Shown here: one piece after another, positions 1 through 7,909 of the stretch
Numbering within the stretch: the first letter of the stretch is position 1
Layout: each line of letters begins with the position of its first letter
DNA from: a virus
Lineage: Duplodnaviria > Caudoviricetes
Length of the DNA: 24,020 nucleotides
Virus record (IMG/VR): IMGVR_UViG_3300010222_000017
Span: 1-24,020 of that record
Direction: 5' to 3' (one strand)
Notes under the pieces: generated by a model
The model's database searches: none
Seen by the model: the letters and a program-made list of their open reading frames with translations, nothing else
What the model was told of the DNA's origin: nothing
Made by a program: the position numbers and the translations under genes

Positions 1-955
1 CCCCAATGCCCACCGTGTCCAACCCCACCCTTGACCATGGGCAACCGAGAGACTGCTTCTTTTCGGTCGTCACAGCCGCCACGCGGGTCGTATCTAGGCC
101 AGAATGCGTCTCGGGTGTCGGTAGCACGTTGCCCCTCAGTGTAGCGAAGGCGGTATCATCATCGCCAAAGCGAGCCGGGTCTACGCCGAGCGCGCTCTGT
201 CCCTCCTGTGGCTCGGTATCTTTCGCTCGTTTGATCATGTCATACGTGATCACCTGATCCGGCGCGTCAGAGCGGGCAATCTCTCCGCCGACATATATTT
301 TCTTCATCGACCCGCCGAGGCGCTTGAACGCTGACAGGTATTCATCGCCAACGAAGGGATTATCTTCGTATGTCGTGTGCTGCACGTAAGCATCACCGAT
401 CTCAATCCAGTCTCGGTGCGGCAGATCTTCTTTGTCAACCCCTACGTAGTCAAAGAGGTCGGTCGCGCTGTGAACCGGGTTGAAGGAAAGCACGATGCAC
501 GGATCAAGACCTGAAGGTACCCCGCGCAGCCGAAGATCAAGTTGCGCCAAGTCGTCCTCCTCTCCGTCCGCTTCGGGAAAGTCGAGGTCGGTGGCCTCCT
601 CGACCCAGATGTGCGTCACGCCCGAGATGGACTTCAGCTTCTGCTCGTCGTCGAGACCGGCATGGAGGATTTTGCCGCCGCCGGGAAAGTGAAGCTCCAT
701 CGCTTTCTCCTTGACCCGTACCTCCGAGCGGTTCATCGCCTCCAGCACATCTTTGTACAGCTGGAAGGTTGAGTATCGGCACGTCTTCGCTACCTTCCGC
801 ACCGTGAGAACTCGCACGTTCTCGTTGGCCGCCGCCCGAAGGATCATATTCTGGGCAATATTGACAGACTTGCCCGACCCGGCCCCGCCGTAGAGGGTGC
901 GGTAGCGGGCATCGGTCTCCCAAAATGGCTTGTAGACCGCATTTAGCTTATACAT
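1..955 (-). CDS. terL: Phage terminase large subunit, PBSX/XtmB-like (partial; runs off the left edge)
   Basis: Not in the ORF track; translated by hand from ATG 955: MYKLNAVYKPFWETDARYRTLYGGAGSGKSVNIAQ (Walker A) ... GLDDEQKLKSISGVTHIWVEEATD (Walker B) ... SFNP ... TTYEDNPF ... LGVDPARFGDDDTA (nuclease domain). Overlaps the terS stop. Confidence 0.93.
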   Translation of the reverse strand, partial: MYKLNAVYKPFWETDARYRTLYGGAGSGKSVNIAQNMILRAAANENVRVLTVRKVAKTCRYSTFQLYKDVLEAMNRSEVRVKEKAMELHFPGGGKILHAGLDDEQKLKSISGVTHIWVEEATDLDFPEADGEEDDLAQLDLRLRGVPSGLDPCIVLSFNPVHSATDLFDYVGVDKEDLPHRDWIEIGDAYVQHTTYEDNPFVGDEYLSAFKRLGGSMKKIYVGGEIARSDAPDQVITYDMIKRAKDTEPQEGQSALGVDPARFGDDDTAFATLRGNVLPTPETHSGLDTTRVAAVTTEKKQSLGCPWSRVGLDTVGIG

Positions 956-1331
956 CAGTGTCGTCTACATCTTGAGGGTTGACCCACTGAAACTTAACGG
1001 GCGCCTCATCTGGGCCGCTGTGCTCCTGCTCTTTTTTCTCGTCGGTGAAGCCCTCTGGGTCGTAATTACGCCGAATATCCATCACCGCCTTGTAATGGTG
1101 CTGATGGTCAGGGTCCCGCATCATGCGGACGTGATAGCCTTCAGCCTCAGCAGCAAGGTTGAGCCGCGCCTCTTCAAGTGTCGTTTGCACTGTTGTGTAC
1201 TTGTCGGCATAGCGGTACACCGTGGACGGATCGCACCCTAGAACATTAGCAGCCTGAACGACCACGCCGCCACTCTTGCGGATCGCCTCCCGCATCTCCT
1301 TCGCTGTGTATTCGCCATTGGGATTTGCCAT
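948..1331 (-). CDS. terS: Terminase small subunit-like HTH protein (127 aa)
   Basis: MANPNGEYTAKEMREAIRKSGGVVVQAANVLGCDPSTVYRY is an HTH; C-terminal EQEHSGPDEAPVKF is typical of TerS; lies directly upstream of terL. Confidence 0.75.
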   Translation of the reverse strand: MANPNGEYTAKEMREAIRKSGGVVVQAANVLGCDPSTVYRYADKYTTVQTTLEEARLNLAAEAEGYHVRMMRDPDHQHHYKAVMDIRRNYDPEGFTDEKKEQEHSGPDEAPVKFQWVNPQDVDDTDV

Positions 1332-1357
1332 TGCGCGCGTGTATAGGGGTGTTGCGA

Positions 1358-2564
1358 CTATTCGATCAGTTCGCACTCCAGCCCCGCCCCGCTGCACCGC
1401 TCCAAGATGACGGCACAGTAGCCGGGGTCAATCTCCATCGCGTAGCAGGCGCGCCCCTCGCCCTCGGCGGCGATGATGCCCGTCCCGCTGCCCGCGAACG
1501 GGTCGTACACGTCGCCGCCGTGATTGCGGATGGGGCGCTGGTGGCACTCGACGGGCTTCTGAGTGCCGTGGCCGTGCCCCCTGTCGTCGGCTCGGTTGAT
1601 CTCCCAAACCGTCGACTGGTCGCGCCCCCCCCCTCCAAGATGCAGTTGCCCCGCCGCGGACAGCATATACAAGTGCCTCGTGCTGCCAGTGGTAGTGCCC
1701 ACGTGATAGAGCAAATCGGTCTTTTGACCAAACGATCATTGTGCGGCGCTCAAACCCTACCCGCTCCACCGACTGCGTGACTTCCCCACTGTAGTTGTGA
1801 CCATGCCATACGTAAGCCACCACGGCAGGTGCGTGCTGGAATGCTTCTGACCAGTCCACACGGTCATCATTCTGCACCTCGCCCATCTTGCGCTCGTTTT
1901 CGTTGATCCCAGCTTCTTTTCGCCACTCTGGGTCGTAGCCAACTCCGTACGGCGGGTCGGTCACCATCAGATGCGGCTCTGCCCCATCCAGCAGCCGCTC
2001 TACATCGCTCTCGCCTGTGGCGTCCCCGCACAGCAGGCGGTGGCCCCCGACCTGCCACAGCTGCCCGCGCTCGGTGCCCCACTTCTCCTGTAGCTCCTCC
2101 GCCCGGCTTACCTCCGCACCGGGGTCGTCTACGGTACCATTTTCTGGAATGCGCCCGAGGTCGTCCAGCAGTTCATCCAAATCTCCGTTGTCATACCCAG
2201 TACCCGCCAGTCCATCGGCGGTCGTCTCCAGCGATTCAAGCAGGTCCGCCAACGGCTCCGGCTCCCGCTCAGCTTTCTCGGCAGTTGCATTATCGGCGAC
2301 CAGAATACGCATCGCAGTCTCGTCGTCGCATTCGACGCGCTCAATCGGCACCTCCGTAAGGCCCACCTCCTGCGCCGCCCGCCAGCGGTGTTCCCCAGCG
2401 AGGATCTTGCCTGTGGAGTCTCGGACGACGATCCGGCCGTAAAACCCGTTCTTTCGGATCGACTCGGCAATGGCTCCTATGTCCCCGTCGTTGGGGTTGG
2501 CGGGGTGCGGCTCAATCCGGTCGATGTGCACCCGCTCCTCGGTGCGGTTGATGATCTCGGGCAT
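1358..2564 (-). pseudogene. ParB/Srx N-terminal domain fused to a beta-class N4/N6 DNA methyltransferase; frameshifted in a G9 tract
   Basis: ParB-like HPANPN..IAESIRKNGF..ILAGEHRWRAA and catalytic DPPY are in the 389-aa frame. HGTQKP and the SAM-binding DPFAGSGT are in the 1358..1714 frame. The frames join at C9 (1625-1633); G8 would give a continuous 401-aa protein. Confidence 0.88.
1625..1633 (-). repeat. G9 homopolymer at the methyltransferase frameshift
   Basis: Minus strand reads TGG A GGGGGGGGG CGCGAC; nine C counted on the plus strand. Confidence 0.9.
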
Positions 2565-2565
2565 A

Positions 2566-3267
2566 CTACCAGCTGATCGTAAAGGGTCTGAGCTCAACGC
2601 CCACCGTCACGCCGCGGCTACTGGCCGCCTGCATGTACCCCCCGCTGACCGTCACTCGTCGCCACCGCAGGTTCGCCTCGGCGGTCGCTTGGAGCCCAGC
2701 AGGGGTCGTCGCCGCAGACACGCTCGGCCACAGGTGCCACGAGTCTTGCGGCACTCGGTAGGTCCATTGGCGGCCCCTACCGTCCGGCAGGTAGCCCGAC
2801 AACGTGACCTCGCCTTTGCCCACGGAGAGGCTCGGGGACCCTTGAGTCAGTGGAGTAATGGCGTAGGTCGGGCCACTTGGCTCGCCACGCATCCCAGACC
2901 ATGACCTCAGCTGTCTTTCGGGCGCTTCCCCCCTCTGAATCGCCGAGTCGGAGACTGGTCCGTGCTTGCTTGAGGCACTGGTCGTAGAGCGTGCTAGCCA
3001 TGTCGGCACCTGAATGCATCCTGTTCGCGTCTCACTCGTGTCATGCTTCGTGACCTTGCTCGGCGTCGTGGCCTCCAAGATATCGCCCGGCCCCATCGGC
3101 TCGGACACCGTCACCGTGTCCGGCTCGGGCACCGCCTGCCCCGGCCGCATCCAACGATCCAGTTGTACACTGACCCATGCCACCGGCACGACCACCAGAA
3201 ACAGCACGACCAGCCGCTTCCAGTGGGCGCCGACCCAAGCGGTAAGTCTGCCAAGTAGTGCAAGCAT
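2566..3267 (-). CDS. Membrane-anchored protein with C-terminal amphipathic beta-strands; spanin-like candidate
   Basis: N-terminal TM segment (RLVVLFLVVVPVAWV), a PDTVTV motif, and C-terminal alternating strands ending in W; in the lysis/packaging operon. Confidence 0.6.
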   Translation of the reverse strand: MLALLGRLTAWVGAHWKRLVVLFLVVVPVAWVSVQLDRWMRPGQAVPEPDTVTVSEPMGPGDILEATTPSKVTKHDTSETRTGCIQVPTWLARSTTSASSKHGPVSDSAIQRGEAPERQLRSWSGMRGEPSGPTYAITPLTQGSPSLSVGKGEVTLSGYLPDGRGRQWTYRVPQDSWHLWPSVSAATTPAGLQATAEANLRWRRVTVSGGYMQAASSRGVTVGVELRPFTISW

Positions 3268-4755
3268 CTAATAGTTACGGGTATCGACCGGAAAGACCGC
3301 GGTGAGGCCGTCGTCACTGACCCCATGGCAAGTAGCAATGTCTTTTTTCTCCTGCGACAGCCGGACGCCAAGACTCTCCACGAAGTCGCCCGCTGGCTTC
3401 GGGCTGGGGCTCACGATGATCGGCGGTCCGTTCCACGGAATACGACCGCTGACGTGGTAGTGCCCCATGTAGGCGATGTCGTACTCGTGATCAATCAGGG
3501 TCGACTGCCATTCCTTTCGTCGAGCCGACGTCTCGGCTTGGGGCCGGCGGTGCTGGCCGTGCCGTAGGTGCCCCCGCATCGCCCCGCCTCGAAGCTCAAA
3601 GTTCCGGTAGGGCCGGGCCTGCCCGATCCGAAAGCGGACATTTCGGAGCACCCCACCGTGCTCTTGGATCTGGGCGACGCAGTTGCGGATGTGCTTGTAC
3701 AGGACCAGATCGGCGTTGGCCTGCCGGGACGTGCCGGACGCCCGGTGCTGGCCGTGATTGCCGACCTGACACACCACCTGCACGGCCCGAAAGCGTTGCG
3801 AGAAGGCCTTGAGTTGCCGGATCAGCGGTCCCACGAGCGTGTCGTGCTGCTCGTCGAGCCAAGCGTCGAGGTGTTCGAACTGACCAGCATAAATGCCCTC
3901 ATTGGTCACGAAGTCCCCGCCCCACAGCAAATGACCGGTATCGAAACCGGCCCTGTGCACGTCAGCGAGCCGAAGCGCCTGCCCCGTGGCATAGTCGATA
4001 ATGTCCGGGATCTCATCCGTAGAGTAGACGACCGTGCCGTCACCTTTGCGGACCCGATCGCCAGCGTGCAGGTCGGTGAGGTGGAGCACCCAGTCTTCCT
4101 GCTCTTCAGTCCGGGGCAGGTCCGGGTCGAGAAGCTCAAGTCCGCGGTACTGGCGCACCAGCTCGTTGTGGCGCATCTCCCACCAGCGATTTGCCTTCCG
4201 TGTACGGGTTCCCTTGTGCTCCGAGGACCGCAGGACATTATCCCCCTCAATCGCTACCATCTCCGCGGTATGGTCGACGTACACCTTCCAGCCCCGGCGT
4301 TTCAGGTTCTTCAGGTGCTGCACGACGACAGACGGCCGAGTGCCGAGGTCGTCGACCAGACCTTCCAACGCTGCCCCCTTTTGGAGTCGCGTAGCGATGT
4401 AGCGCTCCCGGTTGGTCAGGTCCGACACGCGGGGCTCCTCGCCGCGGTCGACGCCGCCTAACTCGTCTTCAAGTACCGAAAGCGGATCTTCCTCCGCATC
4501 CGCGGGCCCGCCGTACGCCGGTTCCACATCGTCGGCATCTGGGGCCGACTGCAACCATTCTGTCAAAGAGCGTGTCCTCTCGTCGTCTTCCTCGTATGCC
4601 TGATACCCCCCCCTCCCCCGCAGATCTCGATTCCGCCAGCGGCGGTGCGTGCTGCGCCCCATCCCTATGGCCTCAGCCACCTCGGTGTGCGCACGATCCG
4701 TCTCCTCGGTGACACGGGCAGCCTCCAAGATGAGCTCGTGGAGCTTGCGGTCCAT
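3268..4755 (-). CDS. HTH-containing calcineurin-like metallophosphoesterase (495 aa)
   Basis: MPP motifs DLH (TDLHAGD), GD (GGDFVTNE), GNH, HG (RHGQH) and GHYH. N-terminal HTH-like segments (EVAEAIGMGRSTHRRW; LVDDLGTRPSVVVQHLKNLKRRGW). Confidence 0.85.
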   Translation of the reverse strand: MDRKLHELILEAARVTEETDRAHTEVAEAIGMGRSTHRRWRNRDLRGRGGYQAYEEDDERTRSLTEWLQSAPDADDVEPAYGGPADAEEDPLSVLEDELGGVDRGEEPRVSDLTNRERYIATRLQKGAALEGLVDDLGTRPSVVVQHLKNLKRRGWKVYVDHTAEMVAIEGDNVLRSSEHKGTRTRKANRWWEMRHNELVRQYRGLELLDPDLPRTEEQEDWVLHLTDLHAGDRVRKGDGTVVYSTDEIPDIIDYATGQALRLADVHRAGFDTGHLLWGGDFVTNEGIYAGQFEHLDAWLDEQHDTLVGPLIRQLKAFSQRFRAVQVVCQVGNHGQHRASGTSRQANADLVLYKHIRNCVAQIQEHGGVLRNVRFRIGQARPYRNFELRGGAMRGHLRHGQHRRPQAETSARRKEWQSTLIDHEYDIAYMGHYHVSGRIPWNGPPIIVSPSPKPAGDFVESLGVRLSQEKKDIATCHGVSDDGLTAVFPVDTRNY

Positions 4756-4784
4756 GCTACATGGTTGAGATTCAGCAGTAGCTT

Positions 4785-5126
4785 TTAAGCCGCCTCTCCC
4801 TCTCCGACGCCCCTGAGCTGCTCCGTCTTCTGCTCTAAGACCGGCAGGCAGCGGCGTAGGATCTCGTCGCGCCAGTCCTCGCTGTCCGCCTTCCGCAGCT
4901 GATAACCCACCTGAATCGCATAGATGCCCACCTCGTGGGCAGCCACGTGGTCGCGACGGAGGCGCTCAATTTCCCGCCTAGCGTTCCGCCTCAGCTCGAC
5001 GCTTACGTTTTTGGCAGTCCCGCGCAGGGCCATGGTGATGTCGCGCTGACGGACACCGAGCCGATCGGCCAGCACAACTCGGTCGTAGCACAGGTCGAGG
5101 CGCTGCAGGGCCTTCTTCCACGTCAT
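4785..5126 (-). CDS. Hypothetical protein with possible HTH (113 aa)
   Basis: LADRLGVRQRDITMALRG resembles an HTH; tight spacing within the operon. Confidence 0.6.
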   Translation of the reverse strand: MTWKKALQRLDLCYDRVVLADRLGVRQRDITMALRGTAKNVSVELRRNARREIERLRRDHVAAHEVGIYAIQVGYQLRKADSEDWRDEILRRCLPVLEQKTEQLRGVGEGEAA

Positions 5127-5134
5127 AGTAGAGC

Positions 5135-5317
5135 TTAAGGGCGCTCAACAGTCACGGCGACATGGATACACGCGTCGTCGTCTTCATCCTCAAGCAGTTC
5201 GCTGACCGACTCCTCCACGTGGTCGGTCATCTCCATCACCAGCTCCTCGTCCGGGCGGCGCCGCATCTCGGGCGTGATGGTCAGGTGGCGGTCAGGAGTG
5301 CCGGGGATGTTGGACAT
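5135..5317 (-). CDS. Small acidic hypothetical protein (60 aa)
   Basis: ATG start, acidic composition, fills the gap in the minus-strand operon. Confidence 0.55.
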   Translation of the reverse strand: MSNIPGTPDRHLTITPEMRRRPDEELVMEMTDHVEESVSELLEDEDDDACIHVAVTVERP

Positions 5318-5399
5318 AGCAATCAGGGTTGGGAATCAGTTATTCGTGAGAAGCTTGTTGGGGGCCCTGAGTGCGTGCAAGTCAGTACCTACCTAGAAA

Positions 5400-5885
5400 C
5401 TATTTCGTCACGTCCCCGACCGTCTCCCGAAACTGCCCGATCAGTGCCCCAAGGGGCTGCCCCCAAACGTTCTCAACAGCGCTCCCCCCCTCCCGCACGA
5501 TGATGACCAAGTAACTGAAATCTCGCACCCAGCTAAATACCAGCGATGGCAGCTCGGCCTTCTCCCCCGCGCTGGCAATGGCTGCGAAGGCCACGATCAA
5601 AACGACGTACTTGAGGATCTTGTCGATGACCCGCCCAAAAACGCCGGTCGAAAAGATCTCGCTATCGCCTCGGAGGGCCTTGTAGCAGCCGGTCGCCGTG
5701 TCCAGGCCGATCATCGCAACGGAGAGCCCTAGGAGCGTCGGGCTGAACGCCAGCGCCGCCACCGTGCCGGAGATCGCCGTCTGCACAAAGGACCATAAGA
5801 CGGCGACCGGAAGCGCAATTCTTGCCGCCACCACCAGCTCAGTTAAGTGCTGGCTCCAAAATTCTGCCTTCCACACCGGAATCAT
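5400..5885 (-). CDS. Phage holin (holin_4_1-like)
   Basis: Several TM helices; family-like motifs LDTATGCYKA, KILKY and REGGSAVEN; 4-nt overlap with the endolysin stop. Confidence 0.85.
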   Translation of the reverse strand: MIPVWKAEFWSQHLTELVVAARIALPVAVLWSFVQTAISGTVAALAFSPTLLGLSVAMIGLDTATGCYKALRGDSEIFSTGVFGRVIDKILKYVVLIVAFAAIASAGEKAELPSLVFSWVRDFSYLVIIVREGGSAVENVWGQPLGALIGQFRETVGDVTK

Positions 5886-6325
5886 GGCCGAACCACCTTG
5901 ATCTCTCCCTCTAGTGATGTCGGCCGCACGTCAGCGTGGACCCACGCATCCGCAATGTCTCCATCCTCGATCGCCCGCAGCCCGCAGGCATGCCAGTGGC
6001 CCTCATTGTCCATGATGTCTTGGCGGATGTCATCAGGCGTGAGACCGTCCCGCATCGCGTTGAAGTCGACCGCCGCCCCGAGCTTGTGCTGAGATAACTG
6101 TGCCCCTGTGGACGTCTGTGGCAGCCGGTAGCCACGCTCTGAGAGATCTCCACCGCTAGCCCAAGTGTTGACCTTAAGTGGCCCGAAACACGTACGGAAG
6201 CTACTCAGCAACTGCAGCAGCCGCGGTTGCAGAAACCATGACGCCCGCACCGCGCCATTCTCATGCATCGTCCACACCCGTGGCGGGACGAGCTCTTTGG
6301 CGTGGAAGTGGGGCAAAATCTGCAT
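5882..6325 (-). CDS. Endolysin, peptidase M15 family (Zn D-Ala-D-Ala peptidase fold)
   Basis: HFHAKELV start, RGYR, SQHKLGAAVD (H...D) and WVHADVR (H); adjacent to the holin. Start reassigned to ATG 6325. Confidence 0.88.
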   Translation of the reverse strand: MQILPHFHAKELVPPRVWTMHENGAVRASWFLQPRLLQLLSSFRTCFGPLKVNTWASGGDLSERGYRLPQTSTGAQLSQHKLGAAVDFNAMRDGLTPDDIRQDIMDNEGHWHACGLRAIEDGDIADAWVHADVRPTSLEGEIKVVRP

Positions 6326-6331
6326 GGCGGC

Positions 6332-6397
6332 AAAAAGAAAAGGCAGGCTGGGACGGGCCCGACAGCATATCGCTGCCAAGCTCGCCTCAGCCTGCCT
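6332..6397 (-). terminator. Long hairpin plus U-tract immediately upstream of the endolysin
   Basis: Minus strand AGGCAGGCTG...CAGCCTGCCT (10 perfect bp plus an imperfect extension), followed by TTTCTTTTT. Confidence 0.55.
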
Positions 6398-6420
6398 CGC
6401 AATGCAGGACAAGAGTATGT

Positions 6421-6437
6421 GTATAACGCCGTTATTC
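6421..6437. promoter_or_regulatory. Palindromic site GTATAAC-GCC-GTTATTC (related to 7961-7977 and 18565-18580)
   Basis: AT-rich inverted repeat in GC-rich DNA; related copies elsewhere in the window. Confidence 0.4.
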
Positions 6438-6626
6438 CCCCTCGCAATGGGGAATCGGCACTTTGAGGGTCACCTTTACAAAATCGCGCTGCGGCCCCGA
6501 GTCAACGGACACATCGTCTACTTCCCCGGTGTCAATCCTGTCTCCGTCGCCGAACCGGACGCGCCGCCCGTCGCGGGTGGCCTCAAGGTAGTGCTCTAAA
6601 ATGTCGATGGTGTCCATGCTGGGCAT
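6432..6626 (-). CDS. Small hypothetical protein, first ORF of the leftward operon
   Basis: MPSMDTIDILEHYLEATRDGRRVRFGDGD..., 64 aa, acidic; start uncertain (6626 or 6617). Confidence 0.5.
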   Translation of the reverse strand: MPSMDTIDILEHYLEATRDGRRVRFGDGDRIDTGEVDDVSVDSGPQRDFVKVTLKVPIPHCEGE

Positions 6627-6890
6627 CTTTGCCCAACGCCCGTGAGCACTACCCATACTGAGGTGGCGTGGGCGTGATCCGAGACGACCATCGCGCACGT
6701 GCAGTCGCCTTGAAGAAGTCGGGGTAGGTGGCCGCGCCCCTAAAGAAACCGCCGCTCACTTTGTTGAAGACGACATTAAACAGCACCCCACGGGAAACCC
6801 GTTTCAATACCTACAGTTTGAGGTAGTGAAGAAAGAAGGGAGGGGACGAGACAGACCGCTCATCCGCTATTCACAGACACGATCAGGCCG

Positions 6891-7118
6891 ATGACTACTT
6901 TCAACTCTACAAAGCGCGTTGACGAGATTGAAGCCAAGCTCGAAGAGTGCTATCGTACCGCCTACGAGGCAGGCTTCGATGGGCAGTTTGACGAGTACGA
7001 GTTCACCGCTCCAGACTTGCACTGGGTTACAGAGGAACTCGGCTACAAGCCCACCGAGGAGGAATGGAAAGAGGCCGGACTCGACTGGGTCGGCGGTGCG
7101 CATGTCGCTGATAAGTAG
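6891..7118 (+). CDS. Acidic hypothetical protein (75 aa)
   Basis: ATG start, strongly D/E-rich with protein-like composition. Confidence 0.7.
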   Translation: MTTFNSTKRVDEIEAKLEECYRTAYEAGFDGQFDEYEFTAPDLHWVTEELGYKPTEEEWKEAGLDWVGGAHVADK

Positions 7119-7129
7119 CCGCCTGACGA

Positions 7130-7172
7130 GCCCCACCTTGGACGCAGCTGGGATCGTGCCCCAGCGTGGGGC
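7130..7172 (+). ncRNA. Structured intergenic RNA motif, copy A (tRNA-minihelix-like)
   Basis: GCCCCAC-CTTGGACGCA-GCTGGG-ATCGTGC-CCCAGC-GTGGGGC; covaries with copy B at 12727-12769. Confidence 0.75.
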
Positions 7173-7208
7173 TGGCTCGATAGCCTCTCACGCAACCGAA
7201 AAAAAGCC

Positions 7209-7475
7209 ATGACACGGACCATAGAAGATCTCGATTTCGACGATGCGAAAGAGATACTGCGCTACGCCTACGAGACAGATAGGTCCTCTACGTACCAGGG
7301 CCACTGGGGAGATAAGCGCTACGTGCACGGCTCCATCATCCGTGCGACATGGGATGCCTCCCAGCAAACGGTCACGGTAAGTGCTGGCGCGCTCTCCTCC
7401 GAGTCGGCGCTAGCAGACTACGTTCCGCCTGCATACCGCGACCGTCTCGTCGAGCAGGGGGGCGTCGTGGCGTAG
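7209..7475 (+). CDS. Hypothetical protein (88 aa)
   Basis: ATG after an A-rich leader (GAAAAAAAGCC); acidic, protein-like. Confidence 0.7.
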   Translation: MTRTIEDLDFDDAKEILRYAYETDRSSTYQGHWGDKRYVHGSIIRATWDASQQTVTVSAGALSSESALADYVPPAYRDRLVEQGGVVA

Positions 7476-7520
7476 CCCCGCCTGGACGGGCTAGCCAGCG
7501 TTTGATCCGCTGGCCGGGGC
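7475..7520 (+). ncRNA. Structured intergenic RNA motif, variant copy C
   Basis: GCCCCG-CCTGGACGGGCTA-GCCAGCG-TTTGATC-CGCTGGC-CGGGGC: same topology (13 stacked bp, CYTGGACG bulge, 7-nt loop). Confidence 0.55.
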
Positions 7521-7555
7521 CGACTCTCGTACACCCTCAACACTCCAACTGTGCT

Positions 7556-7867
7556 ATGGGAAAGACAAACACTCGCCCGCGGAAGAACACAAACGCCCTG
7601 ATCGCGGGCATCACGCTGTTCGAAAAGACGATTCGCGAGACTGATGAGGAGCGCTATACCAACGTGGTCGTCCGCGCCTCCGCGCAGGTCGAAGATCAGC
7701 AGGAGGTGTGCGAGCGGTCGATCTCTCATCACGGCCTGGAGGAGGCGCTGCGCCAAGCGTGTGAGTGGCGCTTCGATCGAGCGGACGTGCCCTACGAAGG
7801 CGTCGAGGAGATGACTGAAGCAGCGCTTTCTGAGGTGCCTGACGATATGGAGAAAGAGCGGAACTGA
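7556..7867 (+). CDS. AP2-domain-like DNA-binding protein (103 aa)
   Basis: AGITL...RSISHHGLEEALRQACEWR resembles the C-terminal helix of phage/bacterial AP2 domains. Start reassigned to ATG 7556. Confidence 0.55.
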   Translation: MGKTNTRPRKNTNALIAGITLFEKTIRETDEERYTNVVVRASAQVEDQQEVCERSISHHGLEEALRQACEWRFDRADVPYEGVEEMTEAALSEVPDDMEKERN

Positions 7868-7909
7868 CCCCCCTTTAGAAAAAAGCACACCCCCAATGGA
7901 AAAAAGCGC

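Noticed and set aside
1428-1624. Arg-rich C-terminus of the 389-aa ORF as a real domain
   Set aside because: It is out-of-frame sequence after the G9 tract; the true methyltransferase motifs are in another frame.
3568-4461. Long antisense ORFs (3568..4461 +, 7418..8104 -, 11572..12180 -, 15360..16010 -, 22722..23705 -)
   Set aside because: Shadows of motif-bearing genes on the other strand, expected in high-GC DNA; no recognisable motifs.
2566-4755. Read-through fusion of the phosphoesterase and the membrane protein at TAGATG
   Set aside because: The downstream gene has its own ATG and an N-terminal anchor; abutting stop/start is ordinary translational coupling.
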